A DNA stretch of 57,534 nt, filler included, from Sphacelaria rigidula (lineage: Eukaryota), in the NCBI GenBank assembly GCA_964200075.2. It is 7 parts of 7 records of this genome, joined end to end, with 100 filler letters (N's around TTAATTAATTAA, not from the genome) between each part and the next. Parts side by side here need not be neighbours in the genome. Positions count along the whole stretch, not along the records: positions 1 to 8,134 come from CAXNAA020012177.1; positions 8,235 to 16,368 come from CAXNAA020012178.1; 5 more parts are not named here. One strand, 5' to 3'. This document shows positions 1 to 11,234 of this stretch, piece by piece (positions within the stretch are counted from its first letter, which is position 1; each line of letters opens with the position of its first letter). Under the pieces are notes generated by a model. The model was not told where the DNA came from, ran no database searches, and saw nothing but the letters and a program-made list of their open reading frames with translations. A program made the position numbers and the translations under genes.

Positions 1-60
1 AGGTCCGTGCCGACTTCCGCCTCCGCGGACAGGGGGGGGGGGAGCCACTACCCGCCCCAC

Positions 61-100
<40 letters not shown>

Positions 101-897
101 AAAACGGCATACTTTGTACCCCCAAAAAACGTCATTTTACCGTCAGATGATGCGCGCACTTCACGACTACAGCAGAGGCACAATACTTGTCAAACAGGGG
201 GGAAATGACGTGAAGTATCCGCCAGTACCTGCGGGTGTTGCAAAGTAGAGAATTAAGCAGGGTCTACAGCAATGCTACCCACAGTCATACTCCAGCAGTA
301 CGTGCAAATGCAACTCGAATGAAATCAGTACAGTACACGAACCCCGACAAACGTTTTGCTTGCCCTCGAACGGTGAAACGAATGCGCATCACACGGCAAG
401 GAACATCATGACAGTCCACCAAAACGACCTCGATCAATTTATCAGTAGTAGCGATCGACCTGAAGCAACCAGCCGGCAATTTCCAACAATACAGCATCCA
501 CTCGAGCACACCAAATTTCAACACGGAAGAAACAAGAGAGAGGGGCAGCATCTCCTGTTTTCGCGTCCCTCACATCAACCACAGAAACTTGCCAAAGAAC
601 AGCGATCACCTGAATCGCTCAGCACGAATGACTAGCACTTTAGATAAAAGCGAAAACATCGTACCCAAAAAATAAGCCAGGTATGTTGCACGCAGAACAA
701 CATTAGCACAGAAGAAACCTGAAAAATAAACATACATCGCCGCCGCACGGGCACCTGTCATGGGGGGACATGAGCCAAGCTTATCAGGCTTGCGGTGATA
801 CAAGCTGACCCACCCCAGAAGCTCACTTTCCTTCAGCCCGCTCTAACTCACAATGTATCGGGAGTTGTGTCTACCACAGTATGACACATCGTGTCAA

Positions 898-1013
898 CCC
901 TCGGAACCCACTGACGTTATTTGTTTTTGGGAATCGGCATCATTTTCGGTCATTTTCAAGTCAAAATGGTGCCGATTCACAAAAACAAATATCGTCGATG
1001 GGTTCCCAAAGGG
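898..1013. mobile_element. Palindromic piggyBac-like MITE (family P1)
   Basis: CCC...GGG ends flanked by TCAA/TGAA (degenerate TTAA), with near full-length internal inverted symmetry. It is absent at the homologous site of the 28931-29903 copy. Confidence 0.75.
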
Positions 1014-1771
1014 TGAATCGGCAAATCAACGTGCGTCTATCAATTCACGTGGCACTGCGATCCGACAAGTTCCCATCAAACACAATATCAAACTGTAGCC
1101 ACCTGCAGAATGTAGAGAGGTGAGGGTGACACATGAGGCGAAAACAGAAGAAAAAAAACGGCCGAAATCAAATCATCGGATACAGTCGGCTGTGCCGCGC
1201 CGTAAGTCATGGTGCCGCACGAGGTGTAATTGTACAACAATGCGTGTCGTACTGCGGGCGCGTAGTGTCTGAGATCGCACGCCCACGAGGCTCCCAGCGC
1301 GTCAACAGGTCTGGTGGTAGTGGGCGAACAGATGAGCAGTGGGTGCAGGAAATTTGCAGAGAACGCCGAAGTTCCGGCTGAGGTTGCTATACCGTTCCCT
1401 GAAAGGGAGTCAACCGGTTTGCGGGACAAGAACGCGGTTGTGCTGTTCAATTTCAAGTTGTTTTTTACGAAACTTTGCCACGGCGTACATGAGGTATCTG
1501 CGAAGACCGTGCCTTTCCCCCACACTTCTTTATTTTTTCGTGAGATATCGGTGATGAAAAAATCGGAACATTTTCGGTACAAAATCGTCAATAACTCACA
1601 ATATAAAATTAGGGTCGCAAGGTAGCGTCTTCGCGCATACCCCTTGTACATCGTGCCAAAGTTCCAAGGGCAGATCGAGTAGAGTTTACTCAATACTCGG
1701 TACTTCTGAAAAGTCATAATTTCAGTGCACAAAATTTGAGTAGAGTATTGAAGTTATACTCAAGTGATACT

Positions 1772-2075
1772 CTATTTTTTCGTTGTCGTGCACTTTTGAA
1801 CCCCTCCCCACTCTCGGGATGAGTCCGTGGTCTCAAGCGATCAACCCATCTCTCCCCCGGTACACGCCTCGCATTTTGGTCTCGCGGGTTGAGTCAGCCC
1901 TCCCGCACCGCGTTAATTTACGGCAAACAAACTCAGTCGACTACTTTGCTCACTCACGTGCTCACGCTTTCCACGGTGGAAATCAGATATTACGAAGAAA
2001 AAACGCAATGCATCGGGAATCGAACCCTCGTTCTCTCCACCCTCATGGCAGCAGTCGGATCATCCACCTTTGGTC
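1772..2075 (-). mobile_element. tRNA-derived SINE-like element, family S2
   Basis: B-box GGTTCGATTCCC on the minus strand and an A-rich tail. Second copy at ~44715-45010. Degenerate flanking duplication TATACTCAAGTGATACT / TATACCCAAGTATAACT. Confidence 0.65.
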
Positions 2076-2111
2076 TATACCCAAGTATAACTGAGGGAGC
2101 TTACTTAACGT

Positions 2112-2312
2112 TTGGGTAGAGTAGTCGAACTCGTACCCCATCTACCCAAAAATTAAATAGAGCATTTGAGGTCATATTCGATCTGCCCAAAATTAGAGTA
2201 GAGTATTCGAGTTGTACTCGATCTTCCCAAAAATTGAGCAGGGTATTTGAGGCCGTACCTAATCTACCCAAAACAAAAATCGGGCAGAGTATGTCAGTTC
2301 ATACCCAAGTGA
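2112..2312. repeat. Degenerate tandem array of a ~40-bp unit (TTGGGTAGAGTA...TACTCGATCTACCCAAAA); further units at ~1735-1765 and 2735-2830
   Basis: About five adjacent units are visible, each with self-complementary ends. Confidence 0.8.
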
Positions 2313-3520
2313 TAAAAGCACTCAAGTGTTGCACGGTACTGCTGTACTACTGTACCGTGGACAGTTACGCTGGATGCTGTGGATCTCTAGCGCTGTTTAC
2401 TGTTGTTGTACACATGTCCTGTTCATACGAGCTTGTTCACGCTCATCACCCAAAATTGTGTCATCAGCAAATGCATTTCGCAATACCTATCTAATGGTCG
2501 CGTACATAATACCATTCTGACCACCATGAACGGCTGGAGAGCGTGATATTGCCGGATTTGTGTTTAGGGTCATACTGGTAGCGCTAAGAGCGAAAATGTG
2601 TTTCGACCAATCAGCGCCCTTCAAATTGTTAAAAAATTGAAAACATGAATTCCAAGCCCAATTCCACCTAATCTCCACATGCTTTCAAGTCGTAGTAATT
2701 GTAACCAGGTATTGCTCGGAGTGCTTACCCAATATTAGGGTAGACTATTCGACGTGGTACTCGATCTACCCAAAATTTGAGTAGACTACTTGAGGCCGTA
2801 CCTAATCTACCCAAGCGTTGGGTAAAGTAAATACCCGAGTATTTTGCCCGAGTATTCAAAACTGCACACCCTACTCGACCGGACCTTGCAATGTTTCATA
2901 GAATACAGCTCGAAACTGAACAGCGCAATCGCGCTCCAATGTTCCTGTTCGCATCTTGGCTGGTCCATCTCCACACAGACACCGGATTTCGACAGAAAAG
3001 GCGTCACGATACTCAATTTTTGAGTCTTAAATGAAATCTTGACAAGTCATACATGAGGTATGTGGGAAGACCCAACTTTTCCCCTTCAATCGTCTTTTCG
3101 TGAGCTATCGGCCATAGAACTTTCCGAAAAGTTTTTCTCGCAACCAAATCACAAACAACCAAGTAGCAAAAACGCGTAGAAAGGCGAAAGTTTTGATCTT
3201 TGCACGCTCCTCATGTAAAGCGTGTCAAAGTTTCAGAGAAAACGAGTCGAAAATTGAGCAAAATAATCGCGGTACAATATTCCTGTTCGCATCTTTGGCG
3301 GTCCAACTTGTACTACGTGGGAGTGTCACCGTAGGGGCCTGCCGTAGTGTCATCAACTCTACAAGGCAATGCGATTCCGGTGCCGTGTCAGGTATGCAAA
3401 AACGATACGTAACGGGCGACCATCAATCCTAAGAGATCACCAACTCCCCCTGAATGAGGCTACAAGTTTTGCACATGTACATGCCAAGACGACCCAGCAC
3501 TGAGTATACTACACCGATAC

Positions 3521-3653
3521 CTGCTCCGCGTAGGTCTGAAATCCCCTGTTTCGGACGTACGTGACGAAGCCCTTGAAATCCGAAACATACTCGTTTCGTG
3601 CGTTTTCTCCCAGGGCATCCATCCCGCCGGTCAACACCTGGTAGGCCTCCTCA
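3521..3653 (-). CDS. Exon of ChaN/DUF399-like (haem-binding uptake, Tiki superfamily) protein
   Basis: Acceptor cccgtag| and donor CAG|gtatcg. Phase 2 matches the upstream exon (AG+T=Ser). Encodes EEAYQVLTGGMDALGENARNEYVSDFKGFVTYVRNRGFQTYAEQ. Confidence 0.8.
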
Positions 3654-4298
3654 CTACGGGACCGATGCCGATGGAGTGCGAAGGGCGAAATAAGAATTTC
3701 GGAACGAAAACGAAACATGATAGAAAGGAGAACATCGTTAGCCAGACGTACATCTGTCCTTCTCGCTTATTTGCGAGGGTGAACTCGAGTAACCAGTGTT
3801 CGATGCGTGCATGTCTGTGGGTATCGATCTCCTCCCGTAGGTCGACACGGGTGTGGCCTGCGCAACGAAGGAGCGACGTGAAAAAGCCGCGACTATTGTC
3901 ACTGAGACGGTAGCTGAAAGGTCCTCCTTTCAAGCCACAAACACCTTGAAACGAAGTCATCAGGTAAAGGTAGAATCAACAGCTACAATATTGTACCAAC
4001 ATACCGTGAGGATAACCTCTGACCAAGGTGCCAGAACTACCAACCAGCCTGTTCGCACAGCCTAACCAGAGAGCAATGACTGACTTCAAAAAGGGTGAAT
4101 ATCCCCGCCTCATGGGGAAACCTCAGGCGAACCTCATAGAGAGGGGTTATACCATCCAGATGGGGGGAGGGGGGGCGTCATTTATACTCTCAGCTACCGC
4201 AACACGCTCCAAAGACCCACTACCTCGATATCACAGCGACAGCAGCAATAGCAACAGCAACAACTAGCGTCTTCCGCCAGTCAATCCCAAACGCTCAC

Positions 4299-4516
4299 CT
4301 GTCCACCCCGAGAGCAACCAAAGGCAATCCTCTTCGCCTTGCCAGGTGAAACACCGGTAGATATGCGTTGAATGGAAGCGAGGACCGCTTTTCCCACTGA
4401 GTGGCTTCGAGCAGCTTTTTGTCAGCCGCATCACGCTCCGGGCCGGGTTGCGCGGCGCCCGCCTGCTTTCCACCGGCCACGTAGTCATCCAAGGCCCCCT
4501 GGAACTGGCGCTCTAT
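4299..4516 (-). CDS. Exon of ChaN/DUF399-like protein
   Basis: Acceptor accctcag| and donor AG|gtgagc. Encodes IERQFQGALDDYVAG...LLEATQWEKRSSLPFNAYLPVFHLARRRGLPLVALGVD, matching the ChaN pattern FQxxLDxY...W.....Y.P.F..AR...P..AL. Confidence 0.85.
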
Positions 4517-5067
4517 CTGAGGGTTGTCGGACGCGGCGAATGGTAGTACAGGTAGCAGGGGGCGTGAAGGGCTGGTGGAAGAGGTGATGGGGAGCGGTAA
4601 ATGTCCTCAATGTTTGTGATGCGGTGGGTGGACAGTGTTCGAAAAATACTCGCTGCATACACGAAAATGCGACAGCTACATTCGCGTAGCCTGTCCCGCC
4701 GTTCACGGGAGCGGCGACGAGACAACAACGCGAGATCCGGTCGGTACAGACATCTAATGCGATTTTCCCAGCGTTTCGGGGAGGATTTCTCAGCGCTGAT
4801 CAAGACCCACGTCGGAGCTACCTGATTGGTCCTTTTTCACCCCGAAAAAGTTTCAAAATATCTCGTGTTATGTCCTCCTTGCGGAGGACTCTCGCTTTTT
4901 CAAGTGCAGGGTTTGACGATGCTAACGACAAGAGAGTCAGTTCTTTGTGCGGGGGATTGCACTCGTCGCGACTTCCTTCGTGAACGGCTTTGCGGCGAAG
5001 CCCCCCCCGGGCACCCGGCCTTCCTTGCCCTTCGCCCCCATCCCGAAGCCTGTGAGAGTGCACTCGC

Positions 5068-5214
5068 CTGCTCCAAGCCGATTGCCACGTTCCCCTTAAG
5101 CTTGGTGGAGATTCTGCCCATCAGTACCTCTGCCAGCTGCTGGTCAACCGCGCTGTCCTCGTGCGTCCCGATGAACAGAAGCTGATTTTGCGCCATCTCT
5201 GTCACCAAGTTGTT
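5068..5214 (-). CDS. Exon of ChaN/DUF399-like protein (GC donor)
   Basis: Encodes NNLVTEMAQNQLLFIGTHEDSAVDQQLAEVLMGRISTKLKGNVAIGLEQ and ends CAG|GCGAGT, in frame with the next exon (GLEQ|IERQFQ). The acceptor (tttcgaag|) is less certain. Confidence 0.75.
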
Positions 5215-5809
5215 CTTCGAAAAAAAAGAAACGTGAACATGAGAAAAGAGGTGATCGTAAGAAAATGAAAGTCCTGGGTACCCAGTTGTGGTGAGTTTTC
5301 CCGACTGTGTGGTAATATCCGCATCACCCTGGGCTTCAGTGAGCCTCTTTCTACGATATTTTGCGATAAGAGGTTTACAGTGGTGATATTTTCGCCAGTT
5401 GATGGTGAGTTTTTTTCATTTATTTTTTGCATGTTTTGGTCACATGCCTCTGGCGTGTGTTGGGTCACCAAGCCAACAGTCTTCGAGGAAATTTTGCCCG
5501 TGAGTCTGTAAAGTCTACTTAGTAATCACCCGACAATGTTTTTGCCCTCACTGAATTAACGACCTTGTGCTCAGACGCTCGACTTCGGAGGTACTCTTGA
5601 TTTCGTTTCGTAGACGGGGGGACGGGTATCGAATACAGAATCTTCTACTTGGTTAGCGTACAGAGTCATCTCTTAGTGTAGCCAATGTGGAAATGTGTCG
5701 AAGCATCGACAGATACTCGCGGAAAGTTTCCCCCGTTCTTTTGATGAGAGCCGGCCCGGTACGAATGTGCTGATCCAATCCGCAGCACCAAAATGAACGG
5801 GGAGTACCA

Positions 5810-5922
5810 GGGGGGTGTACTCATGATCTTGCATGTCATAGTCATATGCCCAATGACCAGTGACCTCGCATCCCTACAAAGTCGGGACGGAGCACGCCGG
5901 GTTTTCACCGGACCAGGCTCAC
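5810..5922 (-). repeat. Interspersed repeat family R3 (GAGCCTGG...GGGATGCGAGGTCA...GAGTACACCCCC), type-a end
   Basis: Homologous to copies at 13921, 14682, 26691 and 32406. Confidence 0.8.
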
Positions 5923-6127
5923 CAAGGGAGAGATGGATGTGTTCTTGTCCCAAGGAAGGGCTGGGGGAGAAGGGGGGGGGGGAGGTTGACAGCATGAAGG
6001 GAAAAAAAAGACGATGTAGCAACACTCTCTGTGTGTGGTTTTGCCGAGGTACGTTCATAACAACGCAAAGGATTCGGACAAAGCCTTGGGGCAAGAGGGG
6101 AGCAGAGAGATGTGCTCAAGCCAAAGT

Positions 6128-6482
6128 ATGTCTCGGAAGGGTTCGAATCGACGGCGTTCGGCAAAATGCATGATGTGCACGCTGGTGAGGGCACCTGGGA
6201 CTGTCAGTCTCCGAAAGATCTACGGTTCGGACAAATCATCGCCGGTTCGAGTCATCAGGTCCACGATTTTTCGGGCCCGATTGCTCGAAAGAGGGAAAAA
6301 AAATGGCCGCTGGTCAAAAAGGTCTCCACGCAAGTTTTGCGCCATTCCACGAGCCTGGGCTGCGCTTACCTAGGTCGCAGCACTGAAAACAAAGCCCGAG
6401 AATTGTACGGTACGAATCCACTACACTATTATCAAGTAATTTCCACACGAATCATTGATTCGTCCGACCCTTGGAAAGATCC
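6128..6482. repeat. Interspersed repeat, probable MITE; second copy at ~34165-34422
   Basis: Shares blocks such as TCCACGATTT..GGGCC, CTGAAAACAAAGCCC and TACGGTACGAATCCA.TACACT with 34165-34422. Confidence 0.7.
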
Positions 6483-8112
6483 AAACGAAATGGTCCATAC
6501 TGGAACCAAGTACACTTCAACTATGACAATTGTTGGCAGATCTGTCATTTAATCACCCAAGACACCGTCTCTTTTTGATCAAAGTCATGTCGTTCATTAA
6601 TGATAACGATCCGTGTACAGACCCCGTCGAAGGCAAAGCTCATTTCAGGAGATGCAGAGGGAAGCGACGCCTACTAAAACCGAGTAATTTAATGGTATTT
6701 ATATTCAAACCAAGTAGTTTTTGACCACACTGGAATCACGCACATTCAACACTACATTAAAGTGCCCGCGTTCTGGAGGTCAAATATAACAATTGACATC
6801 ATTAGGTCGGGAAGAAGCTGACTTCGATTCCCACCAGATGCGTTTACTTCGGGTTTTTTTCTGCGGAGTATCTGATTTGCACCATTGGAAGCGTGAGGTT
6901 TTGAGTAACAAAAATAATTTGTTTCACTTGAGTGTGTTTGCCGACAGTCGACGCTGGGCTAGAATGCTGATCCAACCCACGATACCAATTTGTAAGACAA
7001 GTAGCGGGGGAGAGATATATTGAACCCCTGAGCGCACGGACTTGTCCCAAGCAAGAGAAGGGGTTCAAAGTGTAACATAAACAAACCCAAGCCATTTAGT
7101 CAGTCCCAAATTGAACGCAAGTGACATGCTGATGCGCATGGGATGAATTCATGTGAAAGTCTAAATGCGAAGAAAGGATCAAAATGATTCTCTGACGATC
7201 CCAGCCCTACGAAAGAGTGCAATCGAAGCCCATACCTGCCTCCACACCTGAGAAAGATACGAAATCCACTCGCTTTTGAGCTGCTCATACACAAGCCTCC
7301 CACGGGTAAAGGCGTCGGTCAATCGTGTATATTGGTGGAGAAACAGCAAGAAGGTTGTTTCTGTCGGGGTCTTTCTCACTATCGACGATCCCCGAGGGGG
7401 CAGGTAGGGGTGGGGGGTGCGCATATAAGCCTGCAGCTGGTAGAGCCCCTCAGGCCTGTCTCATCAAAGTCTGCCTACATCATCAACTGGTGTCGGCATC
7501 ATCGGCGTACCAACGCCACATGAGGTAGGAAGGACCGCCCAGTTTTGCGGGCGTAGCAAGGGTAGATGCCATCTCAAAGGTAGGGTCTCGACATTCCAGT
7601 GGCATAGTCCTGGCTGGTTCACATCGAGTACAATATGAGTGTCTTATCATTTCACATCATTAAACAGATAAACCAACCCCGAGTATACTGTTTGCGAGGC
7701 AAGGCCTGCAAAGCTCGTCGTCTGCCAGGAGATATTCAGTACACAAGAGGGTGAACACAATTTCTTCGACAGAAGAATGAACATGAACACCACCTACCCA
7801 ATACCTCTGAGAAAGCCAGACTCCCCACAATACCCTTCAGCAGCCAATAACTAGACAAAACTCTTTTTCCGGGACAGGGTCACATCGAAGTCAAATGCCG
7901 TGTAAGACTCTTCAAATGACTCGCAGGGCTGAGTAAATGGGCCTGTCTATCTCACCAGGAACGCTCTTGCTTCAAACACAACTTGCCCAAGCCAAAATGA
8001 TACGTACCAACGACCAGATTCCCGGAACACCTCCTTGGTCACCGCGAACTTCGACGCCTCGAGAAGGTTCGGCTGCAAGTATTGTGCATCCGGCTCACCC
8101 GGCTGGACTCAC

Positions 8113-8134
8113 CTCTACATCCTTGGGAAACGGA
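8113..8134 (-). CDS. Possible upstream exon end of the ChaN-like gene, truncated by the contig edge
   Basis: ...CCGTTTCCCAAGGATGTAGAG|gtgagt is a strong donor. Read in phase 0 it gives PFPKDVE, compatible with the 5214 acceptor, but only 22 bp are visible. Confidence 0.3.
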
Positions 8135-8234
8135 NNNNNNNNNNNNNNNNNNNNNNNNNNNNNNNNNNNNNNNNNNNNTTAATTAATTAANNNNNNNNNN
8201 NNNNNNNNNNNNNNNNNNNNNNNNNNNNNNNNNN
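8135..8234. other. Artificial contig linker N44-TTAATTAATTAA-N44 (also 16369-16468, 24603-24702, 32837-32936, 41070-41169, 49303-49402)
   Basis: Six identical 100-bp spacers whose core gives stops in all six frames. Confidence 0.98.
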
Positions 8235-8309
8235 CCCTAACCCTAACCCTAAGGATGCTCAAATTCCGATGCGGTCCTCTAAGCACGCGGTCCTCTCACG
8301 CATTACACC
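8235..8309. mobile_element. Right end of a TIR element carrying (CCCTAA)n, family T
   Basis: CCCTAACCCTAACCCTAA followed by ...GCGGTCCTCTAAGCACGCGGTCCTCTCACGCATTACACC, as at 11150-11234. Confidence 0.75.
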
Positions 8310-8972
8310 TGTCCTCCTTGCTTGCGCAGTACGCGTCTTCGTTAAAATGGCGCCACACACGCCGATTTGGGGGCTACCAAGGCCGCACTTCCCCGGGAAA
8401 ATGTATGTACCGCCCTTGCCCGAGGGTTCTCGTTGTGCGTTGGGTTGGGGTTGGGCTAGGGGTATCAACACTTGTAAATATGTTTCAACCAGGGACAGTT
8501 CTAGCTCAACGGGGTAAACTAGCCTCCATGGATCACGCAGGATCCAAATAAACTGAGCGGCGATGTACGCCCGCACATCGCCCCTTTGAATTCCCTCAAG
8601 ACGGTGGATAACGACAGCGTGTGCGCACAACTTCGCGCACAACTAGTATAATCCAAAGTTACGGAGACACACCCTCTCACCACGCGCAGTTGGTTCGACC
8701 GCTGATATCTCTTGCCACTGCCGAAGGTGAGCTCCAAGTACCAGTGTGGGATGGATGTGATGGGAAGTGACGGGGAGGGGGGACGGGGGGGGGCAGGAAA
8801 GGGGACCGAGGAGCGCGTGCGTGAAAACAGACAACACCGTGACGGTAGGTGCGTCATTGCCTCCCGAGCACCTGCTCCAAATCTCTGCCCCACATTAGCT
8901 GACCAACAGATTACGGTATTTACCCAGGGGAAGAAACTCATCGGATTCATCGGGAAGAATGAATGTATAGTC

Positions 8973-9350
8973 GGTCGCCCCGGAGACTCAGTTGGTAACC
9001 TCGAAACCTTCTGACGGTTGGATCGTTGGTTGAATTCTCGGAGCGATCTGGGAATTTTTCGCACGCAATGCCTAGCAGTGGAGAGCCACTATGTCGTGGG
9101 TACTCAAAACTCGACTCAACGGCAGACGAGGGAAAGGGACTGCCAAATCCCTCTCGCGATGAAAAATAAAGGCAAGCACCGCAGAAGGAAGGTGGGGCAC
9201 TAAAAACAGGTAAAACAGGAAAAGCTCCTGTGTTGATTTTTCTCCTGTGTGACCCCGGCTGGTGCGCTCACATATACCGGAAGGTGTAGACCGGCGCCCG
9301 AAAAAGATGGGACAAAAACACAAACACAACACTCACACTTACACTTACAC

Positions 9351-9388
<38 letters not shown>

Positions 9389-9403
9389 CACACACACACA
9401 CAA
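8973..9403 (+). mobile_element. tRNA-derived SINE, family S1, with (CA)n tail
   Basis: Degenerate A-box (GACTCAGTTGG) and B-box. Conserved body and 3' end (CCCCGGCTGGTGCGC.CACATATACCG..AGGTGTAGACCGGCG) shared with four other copies. Confidence 0.85.
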
Positions 9404-9874
9404 CGAAGTTTCGCGGCGATTAGTGTCGCCCCCAAGGTTTGGATTTCCGAACCTCACCTAGATGGGACGACGACAAAACACACCACAAATTATTCTGCCA
9501 ACGTCACCACTTTGCTAACGCACTTGTCACCATATGTATCCCCGCCCCTGCCGTGCCCGGCCCTCCACGGTCTACGGGGTTGGGGAACGTGATATCAAAC
9601 CCCAGGTATCCCAACGATGGCCAGAGATTTGAGGGCAGCGTCGCAGTTAGTGCACACAGACGTCCATATGTCACACAATCGAAGACAAACTACGGACTAC
9701 GGACACGTTCACAGAAGTTGTTCAGTTCAGGGATACGTTCTTCGGCGACCGCACCAATCGATCAACGGGGAAAGAGCAGGGTTTGAATGTAGTCCGAAGG
9801 AGTTTCGCATGATTCGTCGTCAAACGTTTATGTATTACCATCGAAGCACTTCCTCCCGGATTTTTCGGCATGCC

Positions 9875-10265
9875 AGTGTAATGCGTGAGAGGACCATGCC
9901 CTTGAACAAAAATATACCCTTAGCCGGGCGATGCCCTTCAGTTGCCACAGGACCGCGTACTTGGGGGACCGCATCGGAATTTAACCCGTGTACTGTTAGG
10001 ATAGGTCACCTGGTGAATCGGCATCAATTTTCTGTTTGAAAAAGTAGACGCGATACAGATGGGCTGCCCGCACCGCGGTCTAGGAGTACAGCACCCCTAT
10101 GGGTAGAGTTACGGTTAGGGGTTACAGTTATAGCGTCGGGGTAAACGTCAGGGGTGTGGTCTGTAATGCGCGAGAGGACCGCGTGCTTCGAGGACCGCAT
10201 CGGAATTTGAATACCCCTATGGTTAGGGTTAGGGTTAGTGCCGGGGGTATGGTCAGGGGCGTGGT
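9875..10265. repeat. Cluster of family T fragments with degenerate TTAGGG repeats
   Basis: TGTAATGCG(T/C)GAGAGGACC at ~9876 and ~10162, and GGTTAGGGTTAGGGTTAG at ~10221. Confidence 0.7.
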
Positions 10266-10904
10266 ACCTGCAACTCACAGCTCTACCTTTCGTACTGTTG
10301 TGTGCTAGGGTATACTGAATTACCGGGCAGCCGCCAACCGTACAGCAAGAATGACCGACGAAGTTCAACTTTGTTTTGGTTCAGAACCAACCGAGTGCTC
10401 TTGTAGTGCGGACATTTATTTCATCAACTATCTGACTCTTCACAGATTTCCGCGCCGGTCCCAGCTTGCCATCCGAAAGTTTGGTTGTTACCGATTTTTT
10501 CTTCTGTCGGGGATACAGTACCTCTTGGCGGTTTCATCTTCACAGCTGTGCCCGAAACTTGGTGAGATCCAGCGCACTGGGCAAGACTAAAACGAGCATA
10601 AAATATTTACAACATTTTTGTCCGACCATTCGGTAAACTCTGCTGCTTTTGAGAGCAGATTACCACCGGAACGACTAGTTTGAGTCTCATCAGAAAATTT
10701 TATTTGCCGCAATGATAGCTAAACTCTTCTCTAGTAGTGCACATGCCCAGGGTGAAACTTCGAACCTGAAACGTGGCCCATGGGATGGTAAACTCCACCG
10801 TTTCCTTACTTCGTGGGGCTACGTTCGCACGTTGTGTGGATTGTAAGACGCACACTGGTGTAGTCACAAAGCTTTGAAAATGTCAACGACGAGGGACCAG
10901 CACC

Positions 10905-11234
10905 GGTGTAATGCGTAAGAGGACTGCGTGCTTCGAGGACACCATAGTTACACTGTAGTAGTCAAAAACACCTCAGGATCGACTTTTTTCGAAGCCAATC
11001 GGGCCAGTCCCTGCAGAGACCATGTAATGCGTGAGAGGACCGCGTGCTTAGGGGACCGCGCCGTAGGTCAAAATACCTCAGGATCGAGGTTTTTAAAAAA
11101 CCAGTCGGGTCAGTCCCTGCATACCACGCCCCTGACCCTGATCCCAACACTAACCCTAACCCTAACCCTAACCATGGGGATGTTCAACTTCCGATGCGGT
11201 CCTCTAAGCACGCGGTCCTCTCACGCATTACACC
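10905..11234. mobile_element. Family T MITE-like element with ~30-bp TIRs and internal telomere-like repeats
   Basis: GGTGTAATGCGTAAGAGGACTGCGTGCTT ... AAGCACGCGGTCCTCTCACGCATTACACC. The left TIR is duplicated internally at ~11023, and (CCCTAA)n lies at ~11150-11173. Confidence 0.75.

Larger units (their letters stand above)
1665..2888. mobile_element. Non-autonomous hAT-like element with an internal ~40-bp palindromic minisatellite
   Basis: TIR-like ends CAAGGGCAGATCGAGTAGAG / CCCTACTCGACCGGACCTTG. The 8-bp flanks CAAAGTTC and CAATGTTT match at 6/8. Confidence 0.55.
801..3310. mobile_element. Non-autonomous TA-flanked (Tc1/mariner-type) DNA transposon, expanded by nested insertions
   Basis: Starts TA|CAAGCTGACCCACCCCAGAAGC and ends GCATCTTTGGCGGTCCAACTTG|TA (degenerate TIRs). 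The body is homologous to the cleaner copy at 28931-29903. Confidence 0.65.

Noticed and set aside
608..718. Candidate next exon of the ChaN-like gene
   Set aside because: In the required phase 0 it contains a stop and shows no ChaN similarity.
2112..2830. CRISPR-like repeat array
   Set aside because: Units are contiguous and degenerate, with no unique spacers and no cas genes; it is a transposon-internal minisatellite.
8179..8190. Recurrent palindrome TTAATTAATTAA at regular spacing
   Set aside because: Always embedded in N-runs; it is an assembly spacer, not biology.
8235..8252. True telomere at a contig start
   Set aside because: Only three CCCTAA units, and the same context occurs internally at 11150-11234 as part of a TIR element.
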